DNA of 64,000 nucleotides, from NCBI RefSeq assembly GCF_009914755.1, contig NC_060936.1; one strand, given 5' to 3'. Positions 30,101 through 46,751 of the stretch are shown piece by piece (position 1 is the stretch's first letter; each line of letters begins with the position of its first letter). This DNA is from the human T2T-CHM13v2.0 reference genome, Homo sapiens. The position numbers and the translations under genes are program-made. The notes below the pieces were generated by a model. The model was not told the DNA's origin. It ran no database searches and saw nothing but the letters and a program-made list of their open reading frames with translations.

Positions 30101-31650
30101 TAGAACATAGTGTTTGTTTGGTTTTGAAAGGGACTATTCACTAGAGCAACATCTTGACTAGGTGAGAGTGGAATGATCTAGAACATTTGTAGAGGGGTTT
30201 GCCTTAGATAGGAAAAAATTCACCCTTAGAGACAGCAGGGAATATGGGCACAGATTCAGGAGGTTGGGTGGTTGTGATGATGGGAACACTGACAAGTTCT
30301 TTTCTGGTTACTTTTTTTCTCAGTGAAGTAGGAAGCTGATAATGAGGACGAGAGAGGAGGTGTTGGATAACTGATGAAAAGCAGCTATAAAATAGCTAGG
30401 GAAAGTACACGGACTTGGGAAATATAGTAGTACTGCCAGGAAGCCTTAAGGGTCTCCCTTATGTTATGGTCAAAGGGAGGCCAGGAACCATATTTGTGTG
30501 TTTTTCTCCAGCAGTATTCAGCTGTATGGGTATACGCATGGAGTAGAGAGTTGTAAATAATGAGATACGTAGTTTTGTTGGGTAAGGTCAACAACACACA
30601 CAAAAGAGATACTTAAATACTGGAACTCTTTAAATCTTACATAACTGATAGTCTCCCAAGGTGAGACAGTAATTTGAATAATTTCTCCTAAGTTTATTTA
30701 TTAAAAAGCTTTTACTTCTTTATGATCACTTTATAGGGTCAAAAATTGCTACAGTTATTTTAAGAAACCAATAATGTTATTTAATGTGACATAATTAATA
30801 GTGAACAAACCTATACAAATCATTTTCAGTTAATATATACAGCTTAACAGAAACACAGAAACATTTGCAGGCCTTTCTCCCTCCCATTGACTTAATGACA
30901 TGATTCTGCATTTGTCTAGTTTTACTGCAGAGAAGAGGCATTCTAAAAGGGACTCAAAAAAAAAAAAAAAAAAAACACCCACCTAGGCCTCCCTTCACAT
31001 GTTCAAAGTATTAGAACAATATTTTCATTCATGATTAGATAAGCCATCTATACATATCTTTGAAAATTTGAAATATATAATTGAAAAAGAACAATAAAAA
31101 CAAAACAGAGATAACTTCACTGTTTTTTTCTACCTGGAAATCTTTCATATTCTTTGTAATAGAGGGTCTTGACTCATGAGGCTTATTTTCTCCTCCCTGT
31201 TCTGTGTTCTGATAGTGCCCTGCACATATCTATATTACGAAATTTCTCATATTGTATCTGAGTAACTATTATTTCTCTCCAGTGGTCTGTGACATCCTCA
31301 AATAAAGGGCCTGGTCTTACTCATCTCTTTGTTCTCAGCACCAAAAACAGAATTTGATACATAAAATAGACTCAATAAATATTTGTTGAAATCAATGAAG
31401 AAATGGGCTAGTTAATAACATATATTTATGCGTTTAAGTGGACAACAACTCTTAAGCCTCAATGAATTATCTCTCTGTTTCATCCTCTGTAAAGAAGAAG
31501 GGCAAATAAATCTGATTAGAAATCAGATGATGGTACAAATTCCAGTATTTGTAGAAAGAAAATATTTTAATATTTTTTCTTGTTTGATAGTTATTTATGT
31601 ACTCATATGTATTCTGATAGATTGTAAGCTATTAGGAGGAAGGAAATAAC

Positions 31651-31848
31651 CATTTTTAGTGGCATCCTTTATTATCCATTTCACATTTATCTTTTTACAG
31701 CTGAGATTTTAATGTTCACTTCAGTATGGGTCCAAGTAAGGACAGAGTAAAAAAAAAAATCAAGAAACTATGCTTTGATGACATTCAATAATAATTATTT
31801 CTTCGTATTTTTCATCTGTGTTTTTTTAATGTGAGTTTCACTTTTATT
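31651..31848 (+). repeat. Copy 1 of ~200-bp direct duplication
   Basis: Both copies begin catttttagtggcaYcctttattatccatttcacatttat. About 87% identical to 33201-33395 by hand alignment. Confidence 0.92.
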
Positions 31849-33200
31849 GGGTACCCAGTCAATGTTGAAAGGAACACTGGATGATAAAGCAAGGATAGCA
31901 TTCCTATTATATAGACAAAATGCAAAAGGATTAAGGAATATCTCAATGATTGTGAAATGCATAAAAATGACTGATATCAATACAGTGCTTTCCTGGTCCA
32001 AATTAACAGTTTACTAAAAGCACAATACAATGTCTTAGAGACCAATTAACATATACTTAATAGTTTTTAAAGGGTTTAGTCCCCTATAAATGCAATCTGA
32101 TTTAAAATATTCTATAGAATGAATGCACTGCCAACCAAAGATATTCGGTTGTCTTAGTGATGGACTCTAGCCACATTTATCTACTCCACAGTTTTATATG
32201 CCATGTACCCTTTTACATGACTTTTTTTAAAAAAAAAAAAAAAACCCAGCATCCAAAGCAGCAATCACACCATTTAGTATTATGTGCTTTGGAAACCAAA
32301 GGTAAAAATACCTGGTAAGTTTCTGCACAAGTATGGCACATCTGTGGTGAGTTGTAACAATAAGAAATCTAATTTAGATACTAATTAAAAACTGAAAAAC
32401 TGCTAATGAAGATATTCAAGGACAGCCGTCTTACGATATCCAACTTTACTATTGACAAAGATGCTCCCAACAGGACTTGAAATTAGCTGATGTCACTATA
32501 CAAACGTGTTCCAGAAAACTAACCAACAATCAATATTAATGATAATGAGAGTCTGAATTTGGGCAACTGCATTGAATGTTAAAAGGGGGAAATGCCATGG
32601 GGGGGAAATCTCTGGGTCTTAGAAATACTTGTATTCCACAACAATATGAGCCAAAATAGCAGCAATTGTTTTATATATGGTGTGCAAATGATGCCTACCC
32701 AGTTAGTATGCAGTTTCAAAAGAATTTTAGCAACAAGGAACACTTATTAGGTCATTATTGCAAATAGAAAAACTAGGCCTGAGATAATTTATTACATATC
32801 ATAATATTAAAGTCTCATAACAATGCAATGAATACATGGGTAGATACAGTGCAAGCATACAGATTAGTGAGGAGGGGATCCAAAGCATTGGTGGATAGTC
32901 AGTCTTAAGAAAGAATAAAGACATCCCCACAGGAAAGACTACCAAGAGATTCATTATATGTTGAAGACAAAAGGAAAATCATGCATATCATTATCAATCA
33001 TGACACACTTGTAATTTAAATACAGATGCATCACTAAATAGGAATAAGAACATGTATATGTATATATTCATAAAATATAGACAGCACATAAGTGCAAACC
33101 TTATACATAAACATATATAACCTGCAGCAGGGTCTTTGAGCAACACCATGCATTTTTTGAAACCAAGATTAGGGAATAAAGATGACAGAGTTGGGCTTTT

Positions 33201-33395
33201 CATTTTTAGTGGCACCCTTTATTATCCATTTCACATTTATCTTCTTATCACTAGGATTTTAATCTTCATTTCAGTTTGAGTCCAAGTAAGGATGGAGAAA
33301 AAAAAATCAAGAAACTATATTTCAATGACATTCAATAATAATTATTCCCTAGTACTTTTCATCTGTATTTTTTTAATGTGAGTTCCAATTTTATT
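33201..33395 (+). repeat. Copy 2 of ~200-bp direct duplication
   Basis: Matches copy 1; its 3' end runs into MIR-like sequence. Confidence 0.92.
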
Positions 33396-34052
33396 AATTG
33401 GTAAAACTGTGACATAGCAATTGGCTTTCCCAAGATCGCAAAGTGAGCTGGAGCCTGAAGTCAGAATAACTGCCTTGTATATTTAGGCAATTGTATTACA
33501 ATACAATGCCTTCATGTCAAACACTACTCCTATTTGAAGCAGAGAGAAATCAGCAGAAGGGGGCAAAAACTAAGGCTTTACGTATTCTAATGTGCAAAAT
33601 ATGGAAGCCTCCTATTTTCAAAACATCTATTTTTTTCTCTGATTCTGTGACCCTGCAAAGTGCAAAGCACGGTTTTAGCTACTGTGGGATGATAGAGATG
33701 AGCAAGACTTATTTTCTTCTTTCAAGCATCCTACTTTCTAGTTGGAGGAATTAAAACAATGATAGACATGTAATTAATACAAGGAAAAATGAGGGCAGAA
33801 TTACAAGGAATCACATTAGATTTGGTGGCACTAGGAAAGGAACCATGTAAGAAGTGCATCTGATAAAGGTTTTAAAGAATGGATGAAATGTCCAGGTAGA
33901 AAGGAGGAAGAAAGGATGGCATGAGGAAGTGATTCTGCATAGAGAGAGGGATCCCATGAGCCAAGCCATGGAGGATGCGCAATGAGAAGAGGACTAGAAG
34001 GTAATTGGGAGCCACACTAAATGCCAGTGTGAGGAGTTCAAATACAGAATAC

Positions 34053-34515
34053 TGTGTTGGGCTGAATTGTGTCCAAATCAAGCCAAAAAGATATACATGT
34101 TCAAATCTTATCTCCTGGTACCTATGAATGTGATCTTATTCAGAAACAGGAATTTGCAGATGTGATGAAGTTAAATGAGGTCACACTGGATTAGGGTGGG
34201 CCTTAATCCTATGACTAGAGTCCGTACAAGAACAGGGAAATACAGGCACAATCAGACAGACAAGGAGAATGCCATGTAATGACACAGGAGAGACTGGGTG
34301 ATATAAGCCAACATATGCCAAGAACTGCTGACAAACACCAGACACTGAAAAGAGGCAAGGAAGGATCCTCCTCCAGGGCCTTCAGAGAGAGCATGGCCCT
34401 GCTAACACCTTGGCTTAGGACTTTCGGCTTCCAGAACCGTGGGACAAGAAATGTCTGTCATTGTGAACTTCCAAGTTGTGGACATTTGTTATGGCAGCCC
34501 TAGGAAGTTAACACA
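34053..34515 (+). mobile_element. MLT1 (C-like) MaLR solo LTR
   Basis: tgtgttgggctgaattgtgtcc ... ttgttatggcagccctaggaagttaacaca; imperfect 5-bp TSD aatac/aatcc. Confidence 0.85.
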
Positions 34516-35594
34516 AATCCACCAAGGAACTTTTCTCTTGACTGTGGCAAGATAAACTCAGATTCTATTCATCTCTTTCTTCCCTTCTCTTAAAAAAGGA
34601 ATTTGGGGATAAGACAGGATCCATTTGGGCATGGTGCCATCTGTCCAGGGTTCCTTGCAGTACTGTGAGGTCCTTCATAAAGAACACAGACCAAAGAAGA
34701 AATAACTGGTCTTCCCAAATACTGATGCCAGAATTACTACCCTGTTAGTAGGGTCAGAGTCCTGTGAGAAAGAAGAAAAGGCTTTCCCACATGAGACTCA
34801 ACTGTGTGGTCTCAGCCAGAAAATACTCACTACGGCAGGTGAATATTTGGTACTTAGACCACTTTAGAAGAAGATCAGCTTCAGGAATTCCTAGTAGGGA
34901 GAAGCACATTTTCCCCACTTTAGTCAGCAGAACTGAGGCAGCCAGAACCACCAGGAATATCCAGCATAAGTCTCAAGCTAAACAATCCAGAAGACACGTG
35001 AAGGGCTGTACGCACTCTTTTCTCAAAGAGGAGATAGTTGTTTCCAGAGGGGTTGAGAACCTTAGAGTGGAGGGGGAGGGGAAAGTCAGGAGGGAAAATG
35101 GGAAAGAGTATGAGATGGGCCATGGGAAGCAGATGAAAGCCCTTATACCCCACCAAATAGTACAGTGGAATGGATTAGTTAGAAAAGCTAACAAATCTGT
35201 GTTTCTTGGAAAGTTAATTCTTGTCCTTCTTTCTTTCCAAGACACCCTTGTTCCCTAGTCAAACAGAGTTGTCCATATTATCTTGAGCAGATTTTGGTAT
35301 ATAACTGGAATGGAAAAAGAAAGAAGCAATGTTCATGTTTCTGAACTTTCAAAATAGGTTTTTGAGAATCTAAAGAGAAAGCCTTAAAGAAAGCACAGCC
35401 AAGAGGAAAATGTGGCAGTGGACAGAAAGGAGAACAGGGGTGATCATTCCAAAGAATACAGACAAACCTGGGGAAGAGACAACACAGACTCTTGAGTACC
35501 CTGCAAGACAGCTCTGGAGGATTCATGGACAACCAGACCAAAGGACCACAGACCTAAGGGAAATCATGAGATCTCAAGACAGCTTTCTCTCATA

Positions 35595-35595
<1 letters not shown>

Positions 35596-35630
<35 letters not shown>
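35596..35630. repeat. (CA)n microsatellite
   Basis: About 17 uninterrupted CA units. Confidence 0.95.
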
Positions 35631-35634
<4 letters not shown>

Positions 35635-36202
35635 AGTAAGGAACTGATGCCTTCCCTCCCCAGCAGTACTGAAGGAGCGACCCTAGAATGCCACCAGCAT
35701 CACTCTGCACTATACAAACTTCACCCAAGGAGTTCTAAAAATATTGTAAGTTATATTTATCTATTATCTTTTTAAAAATCCACTATGGTTCTTAGAGATC
35801 AGTTTATTATTTCCTTTATAATGGTAGCCAAACTAAGACAAAGATAGGTACAAAATAACAAGAAATTTGCCAGAATTAAAAAATGAAACAAACTTCTCCT
35901 AATTTCAAATGATCTAGACTCCTACTCATTAGGGTCTGTCTTAAACTATAGTAAAATTGATAAAAGACCCTACTGATTATAATAAACAAATGATTCATGA
36001 CAGCTCAACCCTTGAAGCAGGGCAAAGCAGGAGAGAAAAAAAGGAAGAAAACAGCCCACAAAAAATGCACTTTAAAATGACTTAGGGCAGTTTTTAGTAA
36101 GCATGCTATCTTTGTACTACGATTTTATCATCAAGCATTGCAAAGTGTTGTGACGATTGATGAAGCTAACTTTCCTACAGATTGCTAACACTCATCCTAA
36201 TA

Positions 36203-36404
36203 GAATGCTTCTCAAAATGGGGTTTCTGGGACAGCTATATAGCATCGCCTGGAAGCATGTTAGAAATGCAAGTTCTCTGGCCCGACCTCAAGCCTCCCAA
36301 ATCAGAAACTATGAAGGAGTACACCCCTCTCCCCCTGCACCCCACCATCTGTTTTAACAAGCCCTCCAAGTGATTTCAATCCTGCCAACATTTGTAAACC
36401 ACTG
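36203..36404 (+). mobile_element. MER5-type hAT-Charlie relic
   Basis: cttctcaaa...agcatcgcctggaagcatgttagaaatgca...atctgttttaacaagccctccaagtgatt...aaccactg. Confidence 0.75.
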
Positions 36405-36713
36405 TTCTAATAGATAGTAGATGTTATCACCATAAGCAATTTGGATTCCCTTCTGAAAATCCACCAGTTTTTTTTTTTAAACCAAAATTAAACATAAAAG
36501 AATGAAGTGTTTTTAAAGAATTTTTTTTTCCTTTAAAAGCATACAAGAGAAATGTTAACATGTAGACACTCTTAATAACAGTACATTTACTGAACACATT
36601 TTCAAAAAAAATGAGATTAGGATCAGAAATATAAAATATGCTCCACTTAATTTTAAACAATTGGTTATTTGTCACTCATAGCTTCTAATTTCTAGGCTCA
36701 TGAATTTCTATAC

Positions 36714-37137
36714 TGCTTTGCATGGAGTGTGTCACCCATAATGCATGTGTTGGAAATTTTGTCCCCAGTGTGGTGGTGTTGGGAGGTAGGGCCTTTGGGA
36801 AGTGATTAGGTCATTAAGAGGGATTAATGCTGCTCCTGAGGGGACTGGGTTAATTTTCAGAGGAAGTGAGTGCATTCTCACTCTCAAGGAACCGGATTTG
36901 GTATCTTGAGAGCAGGTTGTTATGCAGGAAGGCTGCTTCGGGCTTTGCCATGGTAGCACACGCCTGCTTCCTTTTCCTTTCTCCACCATGTGATGATGCA
37001 GCACGATGCCCTCACCAGAAGGCGACCAAATGCAGATGCCTAATCTTGGACTTCCCAGACACTAGATAAATCTCTTGTCTTTATTAATTACCCAGTCTCG
37101 GGTACTCTCTTACAGCAACAGAAAATAGACTAAGTCA
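36714..37137 (+). mobile_element. MST (B/C-like) MaLR solo LTR
   Basis: ttgggaggtagggcctttgggaagtgattagg ... aattacccagtctcgggt...agcaacagaaaatagactaagtca; TSD tatac/tgtac. Confidence 0.82.
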
Positions 37138-38223
37138 TGTACTAAAAGAGTAAAAACTACTTTAATCCCAGGAGGTTTGTATAATTATATGTAATATATA
37201 ACAAATATATTAGTTTATGAATTAATTTATATGTTTATTTTCATGAAAAGAGATAAAAAATTATCTTCTAAAACAAGCTTTTTCCCTACAATTATTTAAG
37301 ACAAATTGATTCTTTAGTTCCATTTTCAACTAAAACAGGTTATACCTTCTCCTACTTCTACTTCAATACTTCAGAAGATACTTATTTAAGATTTTATAAA
37401 GAATTCATTACTTTAACGGAAAATGCTTGCTATTTTGTATTTTTCATGTGAAATTTACTGAGGTATAATCTTAATTGGTTTTGCTATCCATGTAAGAATA
37501 TACATCAATATTTTCTGAGCGACTAAAATGAAATGAAACTAAATACTATCTATGTAGATCATCTTATCTGAAATCAGTATTTCACCAAAAATATTCTAAA
37601 GTAATCATTATTGTAGTGTCCTAGTCAAAAGAGTTAAAACATTTCAGGGTGAGGAAGCAAGAAGAGAAACTAATTCTACATGTGTGGTGGGGTTATCTAA
37701 AACACAGATAGACATTAATAAGAAAAACATAGAAACTGATTTCTGGGAAACCCTGAAATGATGTACACTAGGAGTTTTTGCTTTCGTTATATAGAACTGA
37801 TGGAAAACAGACATCTCTTTGACCTTATTTCTTTTTGATGTAACTAAACGCAAGTCTTTGAAATTTCTGGGTCTCACTATTCCCACACAAGAAATAATAT
37901 GTTTTCCTCAGATCCAGAGATGACCAGGTAATATTACTTGAGTTGCTTCTTCCAGCATCCAGAAATGAATTTGCTGGATATTTCCCATCCACGTCCCCTC
38001 CCACATATTTCAAGTGTGGTTTGGGAAAAACTAGCAGAACAGAAGAATCTTTCTCCATGATAATTCAGATAATATGTGAGTATGAAATATTCTTCACTTG
38101 ATTTTAATATGTCCTCCATCTAGAATGTAGTTTCCAGAAGGACAGGGATTTTGTTTTGTTTACTGTTGTATTCATCATCTAGAACAGTGTCTGGCACACA
38201 AGAGTTGCTTAATAAATATTTTT

Positions 38224-38290
38224 TGGATGGATAGATGGATGGGTGAATGGATGGATGGATGGATGGATGGACGGATGGATGGATGGATGG
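38224..38290. repeat. (GGAT)n tetranucleotide repeat at an L2 3' tail
   Basis: A ggat array follows agaacagtgtctggcacac...aataaatatt, the L2 3' end. Confidence 0.88.
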
Positions 38291-38381
38291 CATACAGTAT
38301 TTTTTGCTTATTTATTAGTTCAATTTTAATGGCATATGTGTTTAATTTTCTGAAATAAATTGAGTTTTTAGAAAATGATGA

Positions 38382-38732
<351 letters not shown>

Positions 38733-40268
38733 AGAAATGTTTTAATTCCTAATCATTTATATACAACAAGAAAAATGGGAATGATAGCAACACTTTTCTT
38801 TTAAAAGCATTCTGATTCTTTCACTGTTTCTGGTGATTTTTTTTTTAAGGCAAACATCAAAAGGTGAAGAAAGTCATCTTTTTGAGATGTTGGACCATGT
38901 TAAAATAGTACCTGTGGTTGACTGGGAAAACTTAGAGAGCTCTTGTTCTCAAAGTAATTGCTGCGGGGGTGGGGGTGGCTTATGATGGACACTGAGAAAT
39001 GACTTCTGGCTTTATCACTGACCTTTTATGGTAGCACGTTCAAGTCATTTGACCTTTTTATGTCTAATTTACCTAACTGTGAAATAACAACATCTGCAAT
39101 AATATACCAAAGAGAATTACTGCAGGATCTGTGCTCCTAATGCTCCTTAAGTTCCTGAACCAATGAGGCTGAGTGAAGAGCACAATCTTACTATTCTACT
39201 TTTCTCTATGATATACCTATTCCAAGAATGAGTCAATTGCTTTTCTGTTTCTCATAGTCTTGACAAAGCCACTTTAAAGTGGGTTAATTAGAGGCTTGAA
39301 ATTATAATGATGAGTTCCGCAACAGTTCTCACACTGCCAGTGTGTGCTCAGGAATCCAATCTGAAGTGCGCAAATTAGCCAGATGTAAAATCGGGGGTGG
39401 AATATGAAGAGTTGAGAAGAAGCACTACGAGATAATTTTCAGGAACTTTAAGCTCGATTGCTTGAAAGCATTTCAACTTCAGGTTTCTTCAGCTTTCTAT
39501 TTCTGAGTTACATCAGACTAAGAAATATGCCATTGCTGTCTCTCTGTTTAACTGTCTAATCAACAGCTGCTAAAAAAAAAAAAAAAAAAAAAAAAGGTCA
39601 GCTTTTGTGAGATAGAGTGGTTCTTAAAAGTGAGAGAATTACTGCTCAAATGAACTGTGTTTCAAAGGCAAACCTAATAAAGAAGGAAATGAGGTGGCAA
39701 GGTGAATTTCAAGTCTAAGTAGGGATTCAGATCTGTTGAATTAAACTGAAAAGAGACAAAGAACTTTGAGCAGATATATTTTGTTACTTGTTCATTCTGT
39801 GACATCCAACACCCTTTTAAATGTTATCTAGTCATTCAGAAGTTAAATAACCCAGGTTGCAAATGAAAAGACAAAGAGAGGGCATGAAAAGTAAGGAGAG
39901 GAAGGGAAGAAAGAGAAAATTTAAAGAAAAACTCATTTGGAAAAACTTATTGTCCTTTCTTAAGAAATATATAACCTACTGGTAAAGAAGCCATTTAAAG
40001 ATCAAGGTATTGAACATAAACATATAGGTATATGAACAAAGTTACTGCCTGCAATGTAAGTGTCTTGGGGATTATATAATGAGGTCATGAATTATCTATA
40101 AGTAAAACAATGTTATTAATAGTTTCAGATACATGAAGTGCTTTATATGCAATATTAACATAACATAAAGACCCACTTCTCTTATTCAATACTAAGACAG
40201 AATTCTCCTATGACCTAAGCCATCATGAGCTAAATACAATAATTAATATATGCCTTGTATGTTCATTC

Positions 40269-41880
<1,612 letters not shown>

Positions 41881-43699
41881 ACATACGGTGCAATGAAGAG
41901 GGCAGTCACAGACGTGGCTAGAGGGTGGGACTGTACAGTGGTTAGCATCACGGACTCTGGACAGACCTGGGTTCAACTGCATTATATCCTCCTTGTTAAC
42001 TGAACAGCCACAGGCAAATCACTTAGCTTCTCTAAGCTTCACTTTCTCCTTCTGCAAGTGAGGCTCCTAAGGGTACTTTATGAATATTTACCTCAGAGAG
42101 TTACTGTGATATTTAGATGAGACACAGCACCGATACAAAGTAAGTACGTATTGTGCTCAATAAATATGAACTAAAATAACAGAAAAAAATAAGAGTAACC
42201 AGGAGCATGCTCACTAAGGGTCACCTGAGCATGTTGGTGAGCACGTACATACTGCTTTATCAGAAGCTATGGAAATGTTTGGTGAGGAGACAGACAGGAT
42301 CAGCTGACCTTTCAGTATAATTAATCATTTTAGCTTCCCTGTGGAAAGTGAATTGAAAAGGGACTTAACCAGAGATGGAGACAGGAGGCTACTGCAGCTG
42401 TCCAGGCACAAAATGAAGATGGCAGCAGGAAGAAACTGGCAGTATGAGTGGAGAGGAGTGAGCAGCTCTGCCAGGCTGTCCAGGTGAGGGCGGTACGGGG
42501 GCCCAGGTGAATGCCACTTCTAGTTGGTAGCCGCTTAGAGAACTGTGCCACTCATGGAGAAAAGGGGCTCTGAGTTATTTTAAGGAGAGGCTGCTGACGA
42601 CATCAAGACTCAGTTTCCCTGCAACATAGCACACTCAGATCGGAACAATCAAGAAAGGAAAATACCAGGGCCCTCCAGGGGAAGCCAGAAAGGGCCTGGC
42701 TGCCTGTCACCACCTGCACCCAAAGCACTGATATTTTCTTGATATGTGTGTTTATTACTTTGTTCTCCCTTACTTTGTGTCAATGTTAAACACGAGGGCG
42801 TCATCAACGATAAAAACAAGATAAACACGAGACACTTCTAGAATCAATGATACAGTTAATAAAATGAGGGGTGACGGAGGGGAACATTTTCAAGGAAAAC
42901 TTGCCCAAATAAAAATTGTTTTCTGTTAAAACTACAAAGACATGAGTTTGTTTATTCCTTTTGGAGCTCATTTGTGAGCCCACTTGCAGCATCCATTTAG
43001 GATCTGAACACTGAAGCTGTCTGAATCCGAGTACTTCCTACCTAATGAGCTTCAGGAAGGCTGATGTGCCTCTCCTTCTTGCTTGGGTCTTGGTGAGCTG
43101 AGCGTGAAGGCCTCGCCACAGCTCCCGACCCCACTGACATTTAATTAGCACAGTTGCTGTGATCCCATAGCGGGCCTTCCCCGATGAGAACTACAAAGCA
43201 CCGCACAGAGTGGGCACAACACAAGCTAAATTCCTAGTCTGGTAGATAAAGAGCTGCTTTTGCAAACTGGACCCTGTGAATATTTCCTATCAGTCCTTTC
43301 CTGGTACTGCTTTTAGGCAATGCTGCTGTGCTAAGGGGAAACACATACAAATATGAGGAGCCTCAGGAAATCTAGGAGGGTGGACATTTTAAATGTACAC
43401 ACACTTCTGCTGAAGAGCAATTGCATATATTTAGGGAACAAATAACACACTTGCTCAGTGACAGCAAGACAATCTGTGCTGTAATGCCACCAGTGTTTCT
43501 CTCATTCTCCCCTCTTCTCCAGGTTTTAGAACTGATATTTTGCCCTCATTCTGCTTAAGATAGAGATGGCTGAGCTGCTTTGAGTCATTGCTATTCTGAC
43601 TCTACTGTGCATTCTGGCGTGTGTCTGCTTTGCAGGTAGTAAATCCCACAGCGTTCTCTGTTCACTGCAGTCCAGTTTGTGTCTCTTACTTCCCCTCCA

Positions 43700-44510
43700 T
43701 CAATAGATTGTTCTTGGAAGGCTGCTGGTGACCTGCTGGGGGCCAAAGCCATGGGTCTGGTTTACAGCTGCACCTCGTTTATTGAGTTCTTGAGGGCCTT
43801 TGGCCCCACCCTCTTTTGTGAATCTCTCTCCTCTCTTGCTTTTATATCACATTCCCTCAATTTTCTGTGGGTTTCAATTCCTCCTTCTTTCTGTTAAAGT
43901 TTGCCATTTCTCAGGATTCAACTCTTGAACTTTTACTCCTCTCATTCCAATTGATTTTCCCAGGAAATCTCATCTACATCTGCAATTTCAAACAGCATCT
44001 ATATACCAATGTCTCCGTACATCTATGCTCCAAGCCTAGCTCTCCCTTCTGAGAATCAAGGACATAGTATCAACTGCCTGTTGTACACCTCCAACCCAGT
44101 GTCCCATCAGTTCCTTAACTACCAACAGTCTAGAACTAAGCTGCTCCTCTTTCCATTTCACCACAAGCCTCCTCTATCTCCAGTCTTTTGAAATGCACCA
44201 TCATCTGCCAACTAGCCAACTCTATACCTAGAACCATCCAAGACTCTCACTTCATTTTCTCTCAACTTATGGCATTCCCAGACATTCAATCAGCTACAGA
44301 TGAAGTGGTTCTTGGACTTAGGAAAGGGCAGTGGTGATGGATTCTCCCTGCCCCTGGGATACAGGCCAAAACCCTTAGCAAGATCTGCATGTCCTCCTGA
44401 TCCGACCCTGCCTCCATCCTGTGTCTCACCTCTGGTCCTCTGTCTTATGGCACCCTAGCTATTCTGGCCATTTCTTATTGTTTGGTCATTAGGGACTTTG
44501 CATATAAAGC
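43700..44510 (+). mobile_element. L2 LINE fragment
   Basis: ctccaagcctagctctcccttctgagaatcaag...atcaactgcctgttgtacacctccaacc resembles the sense L2 3' region. Confidence 0.55.
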
Positions 44511-45564
44511 AGTAAGAGACTCCAGATTCTCACATGGCCTTACGGGGACAAGAAGTGCACGCCCATGGAGGAGAGTGTTGTGGTTTTTATTCGTTTGTTT
44601 TGGTGCAAGCTATTTTTCAACATATATTTTCATGTGTATAAGTGGCAGAGGTTAATGTCTTTAATTTCTGAGAAGCGGAGTTAACAGAAACGAAATTAGT
44701 AACAATCAGCTTAGGTTGGTACCAGGAAAGTGGAAAGCACAAAAAAAGGAAGGGAAGGAAATGAGAAGAGGCTGTCTCTGGATCAGATGATCAGCCTATC
44801 AGACAAATAGGGAAGGAAGCTGAGAAGGTGAAAAGTCTGGAGCAGCTTTTTTTGAAACTGTGGTCTGCAGACAACTTGAATAAAAATATCCAGGATATAC
44901 GGTAAAAAGCAATTGCAGGCCCTACTCCAGATATTCTCAGAGTCTCTGGGGTCGGGGTCCCGGAATTTGATGCACTACAACTTGAGAACCACTGCTTTAG
45001 AGCTCAACTCTAATACACAGTGTTTCCCAAGTTGTGTATCAGAAGGAAGCAGAAGACTACCTTTGCCCCCAGCTAGGGTTCTTTGTTTGCCCTCCGACCT
45101 GGATGCCTAGATCTGTCTCATTTCAATGACTTCTGCCTCCATTTCCCCCACTTCTCCCTCTATTCTACTCGATTCATCCACACACCTGGTTCATACTTGA
45201 TTCATTCCTATCCTGAATCCACTGAATGAACATGTGCCTGCTCTGTCAATTGGTTAGTCAATTCTAATTTATGAGCAGGCTTCCACTGTCCATAGAATGC
45301 TTAAATCACAGAACCACAGCAATCGGAGAAAGAACCTCTGGAGTGTTCTTTTTTATGCAGTCAGAACCTCTACATGTATGTCACTCTGTCTATGGGTATG
45401 TGTGTATGTGTGTGTTAGTTACACTCACATACAAAGTGAATTAAACACTATAAATATAAGCATGAAAAATATTTAAAAATAAATGACTCAGTTTTCACAA
45501 GGATATTTCAGATATGGGACACAGGCAACTTCTCAACTGTGAAGATTATAAAAATAATCTACAG

Positions 45565-45779
45565 AAGGGTTTGGCCAACTACATACAGCTCCTAGGTCAA
45601 ATTCAGCATGCCACCTGTTTTTTAAAATAAAGATTTATTTGAACACAGCCAGACTTATTTGTTTACATATTGTCTATGGCTGTTTTTTCTCTAGAATGGC
45701 AGAGTTGAGTATCTGCAACAGAGACAGTATAACCTGAAAAGCCTAAAATATTTACTATGTAGTACTTTGCAAATCTCTG
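45565..45779 (+). mobile_element. MER58A hAT-Charlie MITE
   Basis: ccacctgtttttt-aaataaagatttatttgaacacagcc...tttacatattgtctatggctg...ggcagagttgagta...aaagcctaaaatatttactat. Confidence 0.8.
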
Positions 45780-45846
45780 GTATAGTAACAGAAACCTGCA
45801 AATCATTTTCAGGTCTCACAAAGCTGACAATAAGAAAAAGAAAAGC

Positions 45847-45876
45847 ATATATATATATATATATATGCACACATAC

Positions 45877-45907
<31 letters not shown>

Positions 45908-45914
45908 TACATAT
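45847..45914. repeat. Compound (TA)n/(CA)n microsatellite
   Basis: About 65 nt of purine-pyrimidine alternation. Confidence 0.92.
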
Positions 45915-46343
45915 AAAGTTACATATATGTGTATAGGGATACATTTCTAGAAGTTTTCTGAGACCAGCTGATTTCACATCTCTAAAATTGATCACATTTA
46001 GTCAATAATATAAATCCTGACAAGGGACTTTTCAGAATTTTCCCCTACCATATAATTTCAAATAATCACTTGGTTGTGACAGAAGGGGACTTTTTTTTTG
46101 GTCTGGCTAAGGGTAACTATTTCCTTTTCCGAAGCCTGACTTTTTTTTTTTTTTTTAGATCAACTATTTTGTCTTTCAGCATTAGTTTGTCACAATGGTC
46201 TGCCACTTTTCTGTGCCTCTGTAAGTAATTCTGAAACTCAAAATGCACCAACAGCCATAAAACAGAAAAGCTGAGCAATCTCATCACATAATAATGAGAC
46301 TCACATACCTACATGATTCCATGGGCTACTACACAAGGAAAAC

Positions 46344-46751
<408 letters not shown>

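Noticed and set aside
35068-35103. G-rich stretch as a possible G-quadruplex
   Set aside because: It has four G-runs but one loop of about 10 nt; marginal and unremarkable.
34764-35258. Longest ORF in the track (164 aa, + strand)
   Set aside because: GTG start, no recognisable domain, purine-rich composition that suppresses stops, antisense within an intron; no support for coding.
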